From: the human T2T-CHM13v2.0 reference genome, Homo sapiens
NCBI RefSeq assembly: GCF_009914755.1
Contig: NC_060934.1
Length of the DNA stretch: 64,000 bases
Reading direction: 5' to 3' (one strand)
Shown here: positions 39,011 through 53,237 of the stretch, piece after piece
Numbering within the stretch: position 1 is the stretch's first letter
Layout: every line of letters starts with the position of its first letter
Program-made: the position numbers and the translations under genes
Notes under the pieces: generated by a model
Database searches by the model: none
Told to the model about the DNA's origin: nothing
The model's input: the letters and a program-made list of their open reading frames with translations, nothing else

Positions 39011-40859
39011 CTGCATTGATAGAGGTTCTACTACCTTGAGCCGTCGCTGTGTGTCAGACTCTGGTCTGGGAGGTGGGGATTCAGCCCTGGGGCCTTCAGG
39101 AGCTTACCTTCCAGCAGACATCCTCACTTCCATCTACTTCCACTTAGAAAGTCTACAAATCCAGGAGTCTACTTCATTTATCTGGACAATAGCCCAGTGC
39201 AGAGAAGCAGAGACTATACCAACTAAAAAGCAGAGGAACTGGAGAAAATTTTCCCTGAATCACTCTGGAGGGCTTCAAAAGAATGGAGACAGATGAGATA
39301 GGAGCCCTAGAGGATGGGGAGATAGTAGGTTTATCCAGAAATCTCTTTTATATTAACACCAACATTGCAAAGGCTGGTTCTTTAAGTACTATATTGCATA
39401 TATATTCCTAAGAAATACTGTTCCTGCACCTTTGGGTGGGAATAATAATAATGATGATGATGATGATGATGGAGGGACTTCTGTGGTTTTGCAGCTTTTC
39501 ATATTTTGCAGAGCATTTGACCATCCACTCTTAGCAGTAGCCCACCCACTGGCCACCTGGGGGCTCCCCAGTCCACTTCTGCATCCTGCATAAGGCCTGC
39601 AGTGCCCACTCTCAGCCCCTTCCTCCCTGAACACTGACACCACCTGTATGTGTACTGCCAGCCTGGATTCCCTTTCACTTGACAGCAACCACCTAACCCT
39701 ACATGTGCTCTGCAAAACACAATGACACACACAGTTACCCTCCAAAGACAGTACCGGGAAGGAATGATGTCAGGCAGTGATGTCCTAAAGCCCAGACACC
39801 AGGTATGCCCAATCCTCACCAAAACACCTAAGTAGCCCTGGAACGTGCACATGGTCTTCTGTTCTGCGATCAAAATGTTCCATTTGTATTGAGATGGCCT
39901 CTTCGCTGCTGAGAGAATGCAGGAGTTGCACTGAGTTTAGCAAAGGAACTCGATCTGACTCAATACAACTTAGAACAAAGAGGAACTTCTCAAGCATGTG
40001 ATAATCTATTCTTTTCACCAACTTTCTCAGGTGCACGAAAGTGGTCATGCATTTCTACGCTGTATTTAAAAGAAAAACATTTTATTGACTCTTTAAATAA
40101 AACTCTATCCACAACTATAAAGGAAAATGGGGAAATATGACCTGTCACACAATCGCATAAAAATTTACATTGCAGATAAAATACTACAATCGCTTCATGA
40201 AATAACTTGCATCCATCAACCGTGGAGATGGGCAAGGAAATATAACCATCCTCATTTTATAGAGGTAAGAACAAAGATAAAGATAAGAATATATAAAAGC
40301 AGAGGTTAGAATTATAAAACCAGTCAGCCTTGCCAAGGGCTCAGGAAAGGCTCAGCAGCGCAAATGACTCCAGGCACTTAGAAGCAGGTGAGTTCCTAAC
40401 CAGAGGTCATGGATTTCTGGACAACGGTGGTGTCTTTACAGGCACCATGCCTGGAAATAACTAGTAAGATAGGTGCCTACTCTATTTGGCAACCTCAAAT
40501 AGAATTGGCCTCTCAATTTTCACAATGAGAAGATACCAAAAGGATTTTTGGCCATTTTATATCTGTGTCCCTATATTTATATTCAATTTTCACCTCCTGC
40601 TATATACCAAGCATAGAATAATATGCTAGGGACACAGTGGGGAACAATCCACTGTCTACTGACAATATTTAATTGGCCAATTCAGGCACACATTTAAAAT
40701 AATGTAAGCATAAGTTTATTCAGATTGCTTTCTGCACTCTCATATCTTACAAAAACACTTTTATTTGCAATCTGTCTTTGTCCTCATTAGAGTCTGAGTC
40801 ATCTCACAGTTTTCTGGACTATCACTTTCACCTGCATCTAAATGTCTCTGGATTCAGGA

Positions 40860-41540
40860 TTTTTCCCTAATTATTTCTTAAATTCCTCCACCTCACTCAT
40901 CCCCACTGCCTCCGTGCCCCACACGCCCCACCAGTGTAATGGTCTCCCAGTGGCCTCCGACCTCTGCTCTTGATACTTTTTGTTTCATTCAGGAAGCCAT
41001 TCTTAAAACACCCATTTCAATCCATCCATGCCCTACTTACCAACCTTCAGTGGCTTCCCCTGGTGCAGGGTGGCGTCTGAAACCTGGCCAGATCTAGTCT
41101 GGTCTTTGGTAGCCCCTTGGTCTCCCTTTTGGATTACTCTCTCAGCCCGTGCCCTGGCATTCGGCCAGAGCCTCCATGCCACAAGCTCCTCACCCACCTG
41201 GGCCTTTACTTGCACTGCTTGCTTGGCCTGAAACTCTTCCTCCTCTCTGCACCTGGCTGACTCCCACAGGTGACAGTACTTCTAGCCTGTGGGCCTTCCC
41301 TGGCTGCCACACCAAGACACCTTTCTTTCCCTCATTGCCCATGCCCGTAAGCACTTCCAGTGCACGTAACAGCATAATCCATTATTTGTAAGATCATCTC
41401 TTTGGCATCTCACAGCTCCACTAGCCTGCAAGCTCTTTGAGGTCAAGGGCTGTTTCCCCCCTGTTCCCAACCGTGTCCCCAGTGTGTTGTTCAATGCTTG
41501 TTATATACCAGGAGGTCAAAAATAATGGTTGAATTTATAA
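40860..41540 (+). mobile_element. L2 3' end
   Basis: aaccttcagtggcttccc..ctagcctgcaagctctttgaggtcaagggctgt. Confidence 0.7.
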
Positions 41541-42609
41541 CAGCAGCACCAGCTAACCTTTGTGGGATATTTCCTATGCCTTAGACTCTGTAGTAAATGG
41601 TTTTATGGATTATTGTATTTAATTCCTAAAACAACAGTAGGATCTTGGTGGTCTGTATCTAACAGACGTCAAACTGAGGCTTACACAGCTCAGTTCCTAA
41701 ATTCACACGGCAGAGTGCAGCTTTCACCTGGGATTATCAGATTCCCAGCTCAGTGCTCTCAATTTACCTAGTGAAATAAATAACCTTCTTAGATATCCAA
41801 GCAAATGTGATACAGACGAAAAACCCTTCTTAAAAAAGCTTCAAGGAGCTTTGAGAGGAAAGTCAAGCTCTGCAAAGTTATAATAAGTTTACAATATGAG
41901 CTATAGCCCTTGTGGCTTAAAAAAGTCTCTTTTCAATATTTTTGCAAAGTTTGTTTACTGAAAAGAACGATCACATGCTTTCTTACTAACAAAAATAAAG
42001 GCCACTCATTTCTTTGTTCACTCAAAAGGTCTCAGGCACCTGATCTGGTCTGACACAGCAAAATATTTTACTATGGGAAAATGCAATTCTAATATTTGAT
42101 ACTTAGGTGGGAATTTGATGTCCTGATTTCCTTTGTTCTCTACTACAAACGCTTTGAGCTATCATTCATCATCCACGCATGGGTTAGAGAGAGAAAGTAC
42201 ATCTTCTCCACACATGAGGGAATAAAGTCACTCTCTGAGAACTAAACCGGGGCAATCAACCCAACTGATGATCACTCCTAAAAAAAGTTCCAAAGCGCTC
42301 AGTAAGGTTTGGTGGGCCAAACATCTAACACTGAAATTCTTTCTTTAAAGAAAACTGAGGGAAATCGAGTCAGCTCATGGATGGTGATAGGGAAATGATG
42401 CATATATGACAGTGATGAGTCTGGTTTAGGTGTCTGTCACATGGGAGTTTGGTCATTGTGAGTCAGACCTCTTGAGTTCCGTCAAGAATGATTTGTGGAT
42501 GTGCAAAGCTGGGATGATCTCCCAGAGGTGACAGTACTGCCTGCAAGGTCAGCCACCACCTCAAGTGACACCTGGGTCCCACCTGCCTACAAGGGCCCCA
42601 GCATTTCTT

Positions 42610-42650
42610 CCATACACATTACCATACACATTACCATACACATTACCTAC
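42610..42650. repeat. 12-bp tandem repeat (CCATACACATTA) x3
   Basis: Direct inspection. Confidence 0.9.
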
Positions 42651-43394
42651 CTACCCATGGCTGGTGCCAAGTAGTCTTCACTTGGTTCTTCAGATCTGTC
42701 CTGGGACAACAGGACAAATGACCGGGAGCCAGCGCTTCACGCTGCCTGCTAGACTATCCATACTCACAGGCAAACATGGATACAAATTAGCAATTTAAAA
42801 GCTGCCCTCTGTTCCTGGCTGGGATTCTCATAAATCAAAAGTGGTCGATGTTTACAACAGGGTCCAAAGGGAAAGCTGTTGAGCCAGCCCCAAACACTTA
42901 AAATTTCTATATGGGAACCCAGAAACCTTCATCTGAGGACAAGAGATTGGAGGAACCAATGGGCTGCTCTTCATCTGCTTCTTATTTAGAAAAATTGGAC
43001 TACTGGGGATAAGAGCAAAAACAAAAATAGGAAGCAAAATAAATGTTTACAGGCAAGCAGGTCCCTCATTCTGAAACATACAGAGGTTGAAACTTTCCTT
43101 AAGGCCAGTTAATTGTTCAGATAACTTGTCAGGCTGTGAAGAAGGTAATGTGAAAAGTGGACAGAGGGTGAGTGATGACAGCCATGGCACTTAAGAGAAA
43201 CATTGCCACTGAAAACCAGAGACCATCAATCTTAAGACAGAAGGGGTGTGCCGTGGCAGTGCCACCGTAATGACATGTGTGTCTATCATGTCCACCCCAA
43301 AGCACTGTGACAGAAACAGACCACCCATAGATTACACCAAAAAATATACTTGTATGATGTGACATATATATTGAGCTTTATATTTATGTCCATA

Positions 43395-43730
43395 CAATTG
43401 GCCCTCCGCATCCTGGGGTTCCCTACTCTCAGTTTCAACCAATTGCAGATTGAAAATAATTGGGGGAGAAAACAAAAAATAATAATGCAGCAATAAAAAT
43501 GATACAAATTTAAAAATATACAGGATAACAACTATTTACATAGCATTTACATTGTATTAGGTATTATAAGCAATCTAGAGATGATTTAAAGTATACAGGA
43601 GGATTTAAAGTATACAGTAGGTTATATGCAAATACTATGCCATTTTATATTAGGGACATGAGCATATTTGAATTTTGGTACCCATGAGGGGTTCTGGAGC
43701 TAATCTCCTTCAGATACCAAGGCACGACTG
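43395..43730 (-). mobile_element. MER2 (TcMar-Tigger)
   Basis: TIR-like ends caattggccctccg.../...ggcacgactg; internal catagcatttacattgtattaggtattataag; preceded by TA; internal 19-bp duplication gatttaaagtatacag. Confidence 0.9.
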
Positions 43731-44295
43731 TGCACACACACACACACTGGTATGTTTAAAAATTCTATATGGGAACCAAGAATGCTTCATCTGAGGACAG
43801 GAGATTGAAACAACGAACGGGCTGCATTTCATCTGGTTCTCATTTTGAAAAATTGAGAAAACACTTAGCAATTAAGACTATACTTAGAAAAAAGCAAAAA
43901 TTACTGAATTTTTTGGGAGTAAAGACATGGCAAAGATTGGGATAGGAAGAGCAGTATATTATCTAATTTTCCTATTAATTGGCAATCTAGTTCAGTGATA
44001 CCCTATAGTGAGTATTTGCTATAAATCAATTCAGACAAGCCTATCCTTTGCGACTGTGTAAAACGGTGGTGGATTTAGGCCTTGTGAAGGGCAGGAACCG
44101 TGTGTTATTCATCTCTGTGTCTCAAACCCCAATACACTATCTGGAACACAGTTTGTTAAATGAATAAGCAAATGAACAAACATGAATAGATGAACAGAAT
44201 ATGCAGTATGGCATCAAGCACTTCAATGTCCAAATGTAAAAAATGAAAACGGCAAAAACACCCCACAGATTAAAAGGCCTTTTCTCTCTTAATAA

Positions 44296-44511
<216 letters not shown>

Positions 44512-45764
44512 TAGGGCATAAGCCATGTTTGTACTGCAGTAGAATCTTTGAAAAGTCATCAATAGTATAGGTTGAACTAACATATTTTTCTAAACATAAT
44601 ATATTTGTTATTGGCTCAACCTAATAAAATGAGTCATTGCATTCTAAGCATAATGACCTGTATTTTGTAATATCATATAATATATAGTATATGTAGAGTA
44701 TGTACATATATTTATGTATCTTCATATCAGTACTGAAATTTAATTACAAATACATTCTGAGAAATCCTACTTTTTATATAGTATTTGTGTTGGTTTTCAC
44801 TATTTCCACTTATAGGAATTCCATGCCAATGATTACAGGAAAAAAAGATGCCGATTCATCAAAATATTTAGCCAAGTTTTGTCTTTGGCAACAAAGAGTG
44901 GCCACTTTCCTTAAACTCATTCCAATGACAATGTCCTCTGCAAATCTGCAAATCAGTCAGGATTCCTAGCCAAGCAGGTCAGAGGGGAAGAAGAAAACAA
45001 ATGTGTTCAAAAAGAGCAGTATGATTACCCCTTTTTGGACAAAAATATTTGCCAGGTTTTGCTACCAAAAAATAATGTTTTATTTTTGTGACCTACAGTG
45101 AACACATAAAAGAATGTGGAAAAATGAACACTAAAATAAACACCCATGTCCTCATCACTTGGCTTAAAAAATAGGACATAACTAGAGTCCCAGAGGCTTC
45201 CCAGTGCCTTTCTTCTATCATAACTGCTTTAAAAATTGTTTTAAAAGCCTTTAAGGAAGTCAAGGTTGCCATTATATATAAGAGTATCATGAAGGCATCT
45301 AGCTTTTATCAAATGCCACCCACTCCTCAGGCCAAGGGCACTTCCCACCCTGCCTCCATCCCACAGGTGGGGTACTCCATGCTGGCTTCATCATGTTGGC
45401 GAGGGATGTCCCTAGAGCACACACTTCCCCCAGATGAGGAATCTCAGACATTTAAATCTCCCAACAAAATGGACTGCTCTGGGCACTGAGATGCATCCTG
45501 GGATTCTCAGGTTTCCAAGGAACAGCACTCAGCACCATGTGGAAGGAGCCACTCGCTCAGGGTTTCCTGGTTCACTGAAATACAATGAGATAAGAAACCT
45601 TGGCTCTCGTAGGAATTGTTTAATTTGTTTTGATGCTTGAATGCCACATGCCCTGCATGATTCCTCATCTAGTGTTGTAAGCATGATTTCTGCCAGTAGG
45701 ATCAGTTTAAGCATTCCTCTGGTTAAAGTGAGAACGTACTTGAATGCAGAAAATTACTGAGGCC

Positions 45765-45960
45765 GAACATCTTAGAGTGGAAATGGAGCCCCAGAAAATC
45801 ATCTGATCCAGTCTCCAAGCTGAGGAGGCTTAACTTCAGATTATAGATGAGAGAACTCAGGACCAGAGAGGTTACTTAATTTGCCTAAAGTCACAGAGCT
45901 TACAAATACCAGAGATTTCATGTTTCCTTTCCCTTGGCTCAGTGCTTCTCCCCTATATCA
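45765..45960 (-). mobile_element. MIR3-like fragment
   Basis: ttatagatgagagaactcaggaccagagaggttacttaatttgcctaaagtcacagagct. Confidence 0.7.
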
Positions 45961-47669
45961 CACTAGATCCTCTTTGCTGTTTTTTTGTTTGTTTAAGTAA
46001 AGCAGTAACAGGCATGCATCATACTTCCTCAAATGGTCTTCATCATTTCTATTCAATATGAACTAGAACTGCTGCTCTGAAAACAGTAAAATGCAGACAT
46101 GTTAGTTTGTTGGCGGGCGGGGAGGGGGGCGTATTTTACACATCTGGAAAAAGTTTACTAATTAATTTATGTGTCCTTCAGTAACCTTGAATCTTTTCTA
46201 TAATATGATAGGGTAAAAACCAATTAACTGATTGAATAACATATTTCCATCTACATCAGTGATTTCAGTTCCTACATGTAAAATTACTTTGGAAAAAGCA
46301 GCTGTCTTAAATAATTTTCTAGATAAAAAGAGATTTATGTAATATCTATACAGGTAATTTATGGTCCAATATAAAAATACAAGGCTTTTGGATCAGGAAG
46401 TACTTACAGAATATAAGAAGTGATGTTATCCAGTCATAATCATTACCCTATTTGGTAAGATAATGAATTTGCTCCAAAATATAAATGAATTTTAAACATA
46501 TTTATTGAATTGTAGGGCTAGTATTTTTAGTAAGTTTTTAATGTCACTTCATATTTTTTCATTTAACCAACCTAACATTCTATATATTTTGTTGATATGA
46601 ATGTACAATACCATCAAAACTTTAGTGAAAATATTAATGAATAATTGTTTTCATTTTACGAAAACCACATGTAAAAACCATTTCCCACAACTCCCAAGGA
46701 ACTTCTGTGATGCTGATATTTGCTTAATGGGTGCTGGCCGGCTGTGGACACAGCACGAGAGGCTTCTCCACTGGAGCCTGTCAGATTTTCAAAGAAAACC
46801 ATGAAACTGACCAACAAAATCCTCTAGGCCAGTTGAAACTGAAGAAGTGGCCTTAGAAGGGCTGTGAAAATAACTCTTTCTAAATAAATCGTCTCCCCAG
46901 ATAACCCTCCTGTGGGGGCTTGGTTTTGTATCATCTTCTATCTGACCACATGTTTTTCATAAGGAAGAAAATCATAGAAGAAAATAAAGAAAGCCTTGTT
47001 CTCCACTTATGTTGAATCTACCTCATCCCACAGTGAAATCCACCAGCATACTGAGAAGAAAGAAGTGAGTATTTCATAACATTTTTAGACAAACGCCCTC
47101 GTTTTGTTTTTCTCGCGGGTCCCTGAAGAAGTAGGGTTAGCCTCTGTGTCTTCTCTGGCTTTGGTCTTTGCCAATTACGGCGATTTTCCTTCAGTGGGAC
47201 TAAGCCTGCTTGTGAATGAAACGTTGTTTTTTTGTTTTTTGTTTTTTTTAACTTGCCATTGCCATTGGAATGGAAACAGTCCTCCAAGGGACAGGGTATG
47301 TCTAGACGCAATCCAGACCCCTGCTTTTCCTACTAGCAACACTGGAACCAGTTCCTGCTTCCCTGTTCTCACCCCAGCATCTACCTCCGTGCCAGATGTG
47401 AGGATGCCTTTGTCTTTAAAAACAGCAAGAAAATTAGGTCTCTGTAGAGCAGTTTCAAAGTCAGCCTTTTATCCAGCACTCTAAATAAAAAGATTTGTGT
47501 AATATCTATATGGGTAATTTATGGTTCAATGTGAAAATACAAGGCTTTTGGATCAAGAAGTGTTTACAGAGTATAAGAAGCTACTCCAGGACAGGCTGTG
47601 GTGCACCTCGTTATCCCCACAGAACCTTTTACAAATGTGGACCCTCAGCAGGGGGCTGTGCAGCATATC

Positions 47670-48620
47670 ACCAAATGTGAGATGCTAAATTTGGGGAATA
47701 CAGTGGCTACCCACTGGCAAAGGCAGAGTGATAAGTAGAGGTGGTCTCTAAGAAAAATTTATCTTGCTTTTTATCTCATATCTCAGGGAAACCAATAATT
47801 GATGAGGGAAAGTTCTTCTCTATAGGAGCATTTCAGCTAATAAAAGAAGAAAGAATGATAGAACACTGCCATTTTGCAGGACCCAAGGAAAGAACAGATC
47901 TAGGCACTGATTGTTAATGGCCACTGAACCTGGTGGGTGAAGTCTCAGGCAGACTTTTCTAATGGAAGCATCAGAGTGACCCCAAACTCAGTGGTCAACC
48001 TGTCATCACAAAACAAGACAATCAGAGGTCACAGAACTATTGACATGGCACAAGAGAAGAACGAGGACCACCTGCAATGTCATCCTGCCTAAAACCAGTA
48101 CCTCAATCTGCACAAGCCTGTACACTGAATTACCTACCAGTAAACAGAAAACACAGGGCACAGAGGAACAGGCTAGACAGCACCAAGAGGATGAAATCAG
48201 CAAATTGAGAGTGTGGAAAATTCTACTGAGTATAAAAATCTGGTTTCATTTGTAAGGACTGCAAGATTTTAATTGCAAGAATTAAAAGGAAGGATAGGGA
48301 ACCTATATATTAAAAGACACATTAAAAATGTAGCAGACACATACAACGTGGGGACTGTGTTTATAACCAAGTTCAAGCAATCCAACTGCCAAGAAAAAAA
48401 TGGAGAGATATAAAATCTGGGAAACATGAATACTGGCTGGACATTTGATAGTACTATAAAATTTTTATCTTTTAGGTGTGATAAAAATAATTCTTTTTTT
48501 AGCAATACATATGTCAGAATTTGCAGGTGAAATGACGTGATGTCTGGGGGTGGGGGAGTCTGATAATTGCATGGTAATTGTTGCACACAGGCGATGGGTA
48601 CATAGCAATTAACTGTTGCA
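47670..48620 (+). mobile_element. L1MC4/5-like 3' UTR fragment
   Basis: catttcagctaataaaagaag..tgaatactggctggacatttgatagt..tttaggtgtgataa. Confidence 0.7.
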
Positions 48621-49090
48621 TGCACCTCACCTAATCTGTAGCCAGGCCAGCCAAACAGGTGGTCCCTGGGCTCCACAGGCCTACAGAATTGCACTGCACC
48701 TCCTGGCCCACCTCCACCCACAGCACACAGGTGACTTGGGGGCCCTCCCATTGCTGATGCTGGGGAGAATGGAAATGGGGGTATCTAAACCTTCAGGTGA
48801 CAAGAGCAGCAGGTGCAGGGTGGGACGAGGCAGGGTACTGGGATTGACCTGGTCTGACCATCAAAATGAAGGAGGAAGAGAAAGATGGGTGAGGAAAGCA
48901 GGAATAGGGGCAGTCACAGGAAGCTGCTTGCAGGAAGGAAGATGATGAGACCTGAGCATGTGATTCCTTTTCCTGCAGACAGAAGCGGCCAGGGTGAGGA
49001 GGGAGATAATGCAAGAGCAATGGCAGCAGAACAGCACTCATGCTGTGAATGGCAGTGCAGTGTCAAGCACACTGAATACCATATCCCTTA

Positions 49091-49504
49091 TGTATTAGTC
49101 CGTTCTCGCACTGTTACAAAGAAATGCCTGAGTCTGGGTAATTTAAGAAGAAAAGAGGTTTAATTGGCTCACGGTTCTGCAAGCTGTACAAGAAGCATGA
49201 CAGCTTCTGCTCGGCTTCTGAGGAGGCCTCAGGGAGCTTTCAATCATGGTGGATGGCAGAGTGGGAGCAAGCATCTCACATGGTCAGAGCAGGAGGAAGA
49301 GAGAAAGGTGGGAGGTTCCACACACTTCTAAACAACCCGATTTCACGAGAAGTCCACCACGAGAACAGCGCTAGGGGGATGCCGCTAAACCACGCAGAAG
49401 AAACCTCTTCCATGATCCAATCACCTCCCACCAGGCTCCACCTCCAACACTGGGGATTACAACCGAACAGGAGATTTGATGGGACACAGATCCAAACCAT
49501 ATCA
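49091..49504 (-). mobile_element. MSTA solo LTR (ERVL-MaLR)
   Basis: tgtattagtccgttctcgcactg..aaaagaggtttaattggctcacggttctgc...gggacacagatccaaaccatatca. Confidence 0.93.
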
Positions 49505-49746
49505 CTGTGTTGTCCTAACAACCTGGGAGGAAGGTCTTACTCTCCATTTTAGAATGGAGGAGCTGAGGTGGCTTGTCTCCAAGCAGCCTGATACCCAAAT
49601 CCAAATCCAAATCCTAACACTGTCAATCATCTCCTCTGATAGGGATACGGAAGCAGCTCTAGAAAGAGTCCAGGGAAGTCAGATTGGGTTTTGCTGTTGA
49701 ATCACAGTTACACCCTTATTCATTAGCTCAGAAGAGTCACCTCAAT

Positions 49747-50269
49747 CAGTGGTCCCCAAACTTTTTGGCACCTGAGACCGGTTTCATGGAAGACAATTTT
49801 TCCATGGACCAGGGGTGGGGGCAGGGGATGCTTTCAGGATGATTCCAGCACATTGCATTTATTGTGCACTTTATTTCTATTATTACATTGTAATATATAA
49901 TGAAATAATTATACAACTCACCATCACGTAGAATCAGTGGGAACCCTGAGCTGCTTTTTCTGCAACTAGACGATCCCATCTGGGGGTGATGGGAGACAGC
50001 GACAGATCATCAGGCATTAGATTCTCATAAGGAGCAGGCAGCCTAGATCCCTCCCATGCGCAGTTCACAAGAGGGTTCATTCTCCTATGAGAATCTAATG
50101 CCGCCACTGATCTGACAGGGGGCGGAGCTCAGGCAGTAATTTGAGTGATGGGGAGCAGCCGTAAATACAGATGAAGCTTCACTCACTCATCAGATACTCA
50201 TCCCCTGCTGTGTGGCCCAGTTCCTAAGGGTTGGGGAGAGCACGTCAGAGAGGGTATTGGGGACCCCTA
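49747..50269 (+). mobile_element. MER1A (hAT-Charlie)
   Basis: TIRs cagtggtcccca / tggggacccct; near-matching 8-bp TSD acctcaat/gcctaaat. Confidence 0.92.
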
Positions 50270-50452
50270 GCCTAAATGGAGCTGGAGGATTGTGATTTTC
50301 TTAGAGTTACAAAAAAGAGAGGTGGGGGGCGGGGGGGGTGGATTTAGAAGAAACTATCACCGTCTTCCTCTACACTATGTACCTTCATGGAGGAGGACAG
50401 GGAGGGAGACCTTTTGTTAGATAATAAAAACAAACCAGGAGCCCAGCTTTGT

Positions 50453-50974
50453 TTTTTAACTGGGGCAAAATACACATAACATAAAATTTATAATTTTAAC
50501 CATTTGCAATTGTATAATTCAGTGGCGTTAAGCACATTCACAATTTTGTACAACCATCACTGACATCCATCTCCATAAGTCTTTCATCATCCCAAACAGA
50601 AACTTTGCCCACCAAACGCCTCACTCCCTAACCCTCCAGCCCCCGGTAACCACCATTCTACTTTCTGTTTCTATGATTTTGCCTATTCGAATTTTGCCTA
50701 TTCAAAGTACACCTCATGTAAATAGAATCGCATAATATTTGTCCTTTAGTGTCTGAGTCATTTCACTTAGCATAATGTCTTCAAAGTTCATGTGATGGCA
50801 TGTGTCAGAATGTCATTCCTTTTGAAGGCTGAATAAAATTTCATTTCATGTATGCCACATTTTGTGTACTGATTCATCTGTCGATGAACACTTGGGTTGT
50901 TCCCACCTTTTGGCCATTGTGAATGCCGCTGCCACGAATGTGGGTGTACAAATCTCTCTGTAAGTCCCTGATGA
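50453..50974 (-). mobile_element. L1MB-like 3' end, 5'-truncated, TSD preserved
   Basis: cacataacataaaattta..ttcagtggcgttaagcacattcaca; TSD agcccagctttgt at 50440-50452 and 50975-50987. Confidence 0.92.
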
Positions 50975-51353
50975 AGCCCAGCTTTGTAATGATGATGCTA
51001 CCTATGATGAGGAATAAAGATATGCCACATACTGTCAGCATGCAACAAATGAGCTAATGGTAAATACAGTTACGTTGCAGCTCTTTGTCATCACTAATGA
51101 ACTGTGAAAACAATAGAAGTAAGAAACCAGTAAGAAGGCCTCAAGAAAACAGAGCTGTGACTATCAGTTGCAGTTTTCCCATGCATGTTATGAAACATGG
51201 CCAATCACAGACAGGGCTCAACTCCACTCAAGATAACGAGTTTGAAGTAAACACTTCTGAAAACAGTAATCTAGGATTTTGGCCTCCTGGGGCATGATAC
51301 TGTAAGAATGTAGCAGAATCTGTGTTTATGAACTCAGCAAAATTATGTCAAAG

Positions 51354-51903
51354 AGTTACAGGAAAGGTTCCCGATTCAGACCCCAAAAGAGGGTTCTTGG
51401 ATCTTACACAAGAAAGAATTCAGGGTAAGTCCACAGTTCAAGGCAAAAGCAAGTTTATTAAGAAAGTAAAGGAATAAGAATGGCTACTCCATAGACACAG
51501 CAGCCCCGAGAACCGCTGGTTATCCATTTTTATGGTTATTTCTTGATGATATGCTAAACAAGGGGTGGATTATTCATGCCTCCCCTTTTTAGACCATATA
51601 GGGTAACTTCCTGACGTTGCCACGGCATTTGTAAACTGTCATGGTGCTGGTGGGAGGGTAGCAGTGAGGATGACTAGGGGTCACTCTCGTGACCATTTTA
51701 GTTTTGGTGGGTTTTAGCCAGCTTCTTTACTGCAAGCTGTTTTACCAGCAAGGTCTTTATGACCTGTATTTTGTGCCAACATCCTTCTCATCCTGTGACT
51801 TAGAATGCCTTAACTGTCTAGGAAGGCAGCCCAGTAGGTTTCAGCCTCATTTTACCCAGCTCCTATTCAAGATGGAGTTGCTCTGGTTCAAACGCCTCTA
51901 ACA
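51354..51903 (-). mobile_element. MER41A solo LTR (ERV1)
   Basis: gttacaggaaagg..cagaccccaaaagagggttcttggatc...ctctggttcaaacgcctctaaca, ~550 bp. The junction ggattattcatg|cctcccc lacks the MER41B GAS-bearing segment. Confidence 0.9.
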
Positions 51904-52913
51904 AAACTTTCAAGCTTTCCAGAGAGTTAGTTTTATTGTCATAAGCAATCAATGAAAGCATCATGGTCTTTCTTTTGAGGACACAACAACTAGAAAAAAT
52001 CCAGAAGAGACAGGCCATAACGACCCCAGCCTGCACAGTATCTGCACGTAACCATCCTGGTCGCACCAGGAGAGGGAAGGTGCAATGACAGCCACTAAGA
52101 TGGCATCAGCCTCTCCACTGCGAGAGACCTCCTGGGAAGAGCCAGGACAGCCATTACTGTCCTCTTGGGATACAGAGTTGGGGAAAGGAGCTTAAGGCTG
52201 CAGGAGGATTTTCGTCAGAAAACCCTGAGTCTGCAGTGTCAGAAGGGAAGGAGTGCAAGGGATGTAATGAAATGTGGAACTCCATCTCCATCTCAAATGC
52301 CCTTTCTCATTCTTCCAGCTTCAAAGAGTTCACTCAAGGACGCCACACTCTCAAATCACAACCCAGAGGGGCCTGTTTTAAAAAGGTTGATCTTAACCAG
52401 TTTAGGCACTTTCAAGTTAACTCGGGTTGAGGAACAAAAAGCTCTAAAAATGGTGTTCTGACCTTTTTCAACGTCTATACAACTTCAAAGAATGAAATGA
52501 GGGGAGAAGCTCAAGGGAATTTAGCTCTTACTCAGGAAACAAAATTTAGCTCAATTAAAAAGATCTTAAATGTTAAGGTTGAGAGATTTTAACTTAAATC
52601 TGAAGGAGTTTGGTCTAGTTAGATTGCCGAAGTGCATGTAGCTTGAGTTAATTCCCTGAGTCTATAGTCATGCTTAGAGAATTTTTGACTGCACCATCAC
52701 CCTTTCATCAAAGTGGGCAGAGATGACCCCTCTGGTAGCACCGGATTCTCCAAGGCAGGGGATGGGGCTTTTTACACTGCAGGCATTAGGCAAGCTGAAG
52801 AGGTGTGGTCACTCCCTGTAGGAAAGAACATTCCTGTGGGCGATGCATCAGCTAAGACAGATATCCCAAATTCTCACAGAAGGATCCAATGGGCTGGAAT
52901 TTCCCTGCTAGCC

Positions 52914-53075
52914 CCAGTGCTGTCCAACAGAAATTTCTATGATGATGGAAATGTCCGTCTAGCCACACGTGGCTATTGAATACTTGAACTGTGGCTAGTT
53001 TGAGCAAGGAACTAAAATTTCAATTTTATTTAAATTAAACTTAATTTAAATAGCCACATGTGGCTAGTGGCTCTC
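52914..53075 (+). mobile_element. MER3 (hAT-Charlie)
   Basis: cagtgctgtccaacagaaatttctatgatgatggaaatgt..aatagccacatgtggctagtggct. Confidence 0.85.
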
Positions 53076-53099
53076 TAAGTAAAGTGTGAATATAACTCC

Positions 53100-53237
53100 T
53101 AGCAGAATGTGTTAAAAATATAGACCCTCAGGCCCTATGGCTGGGGATTCTGGTTAAATAGCGGTGGCGCCAGGCATTGCCCCTTTTAACAAGCGCTCCA
53201 GGTGGTCCTGATGCTGGTGGTCTTGAAGCAATGCTCT
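53100..53237. mobile_element. MER5-family fragment
   Basis: ttttaacaagcgctccaggtggtcctgatgctggtggtc. Confidence 0.65.

Noticed and set aside
51354-51903. MER41 as an interferon-gamma/STAT1 enhancer
   Set aside because: The tandem GAS (TTCnnnGAA) segment of MER41B is absent at the ggattattcatg|cctcccc junction; this copy is MER41A-type.
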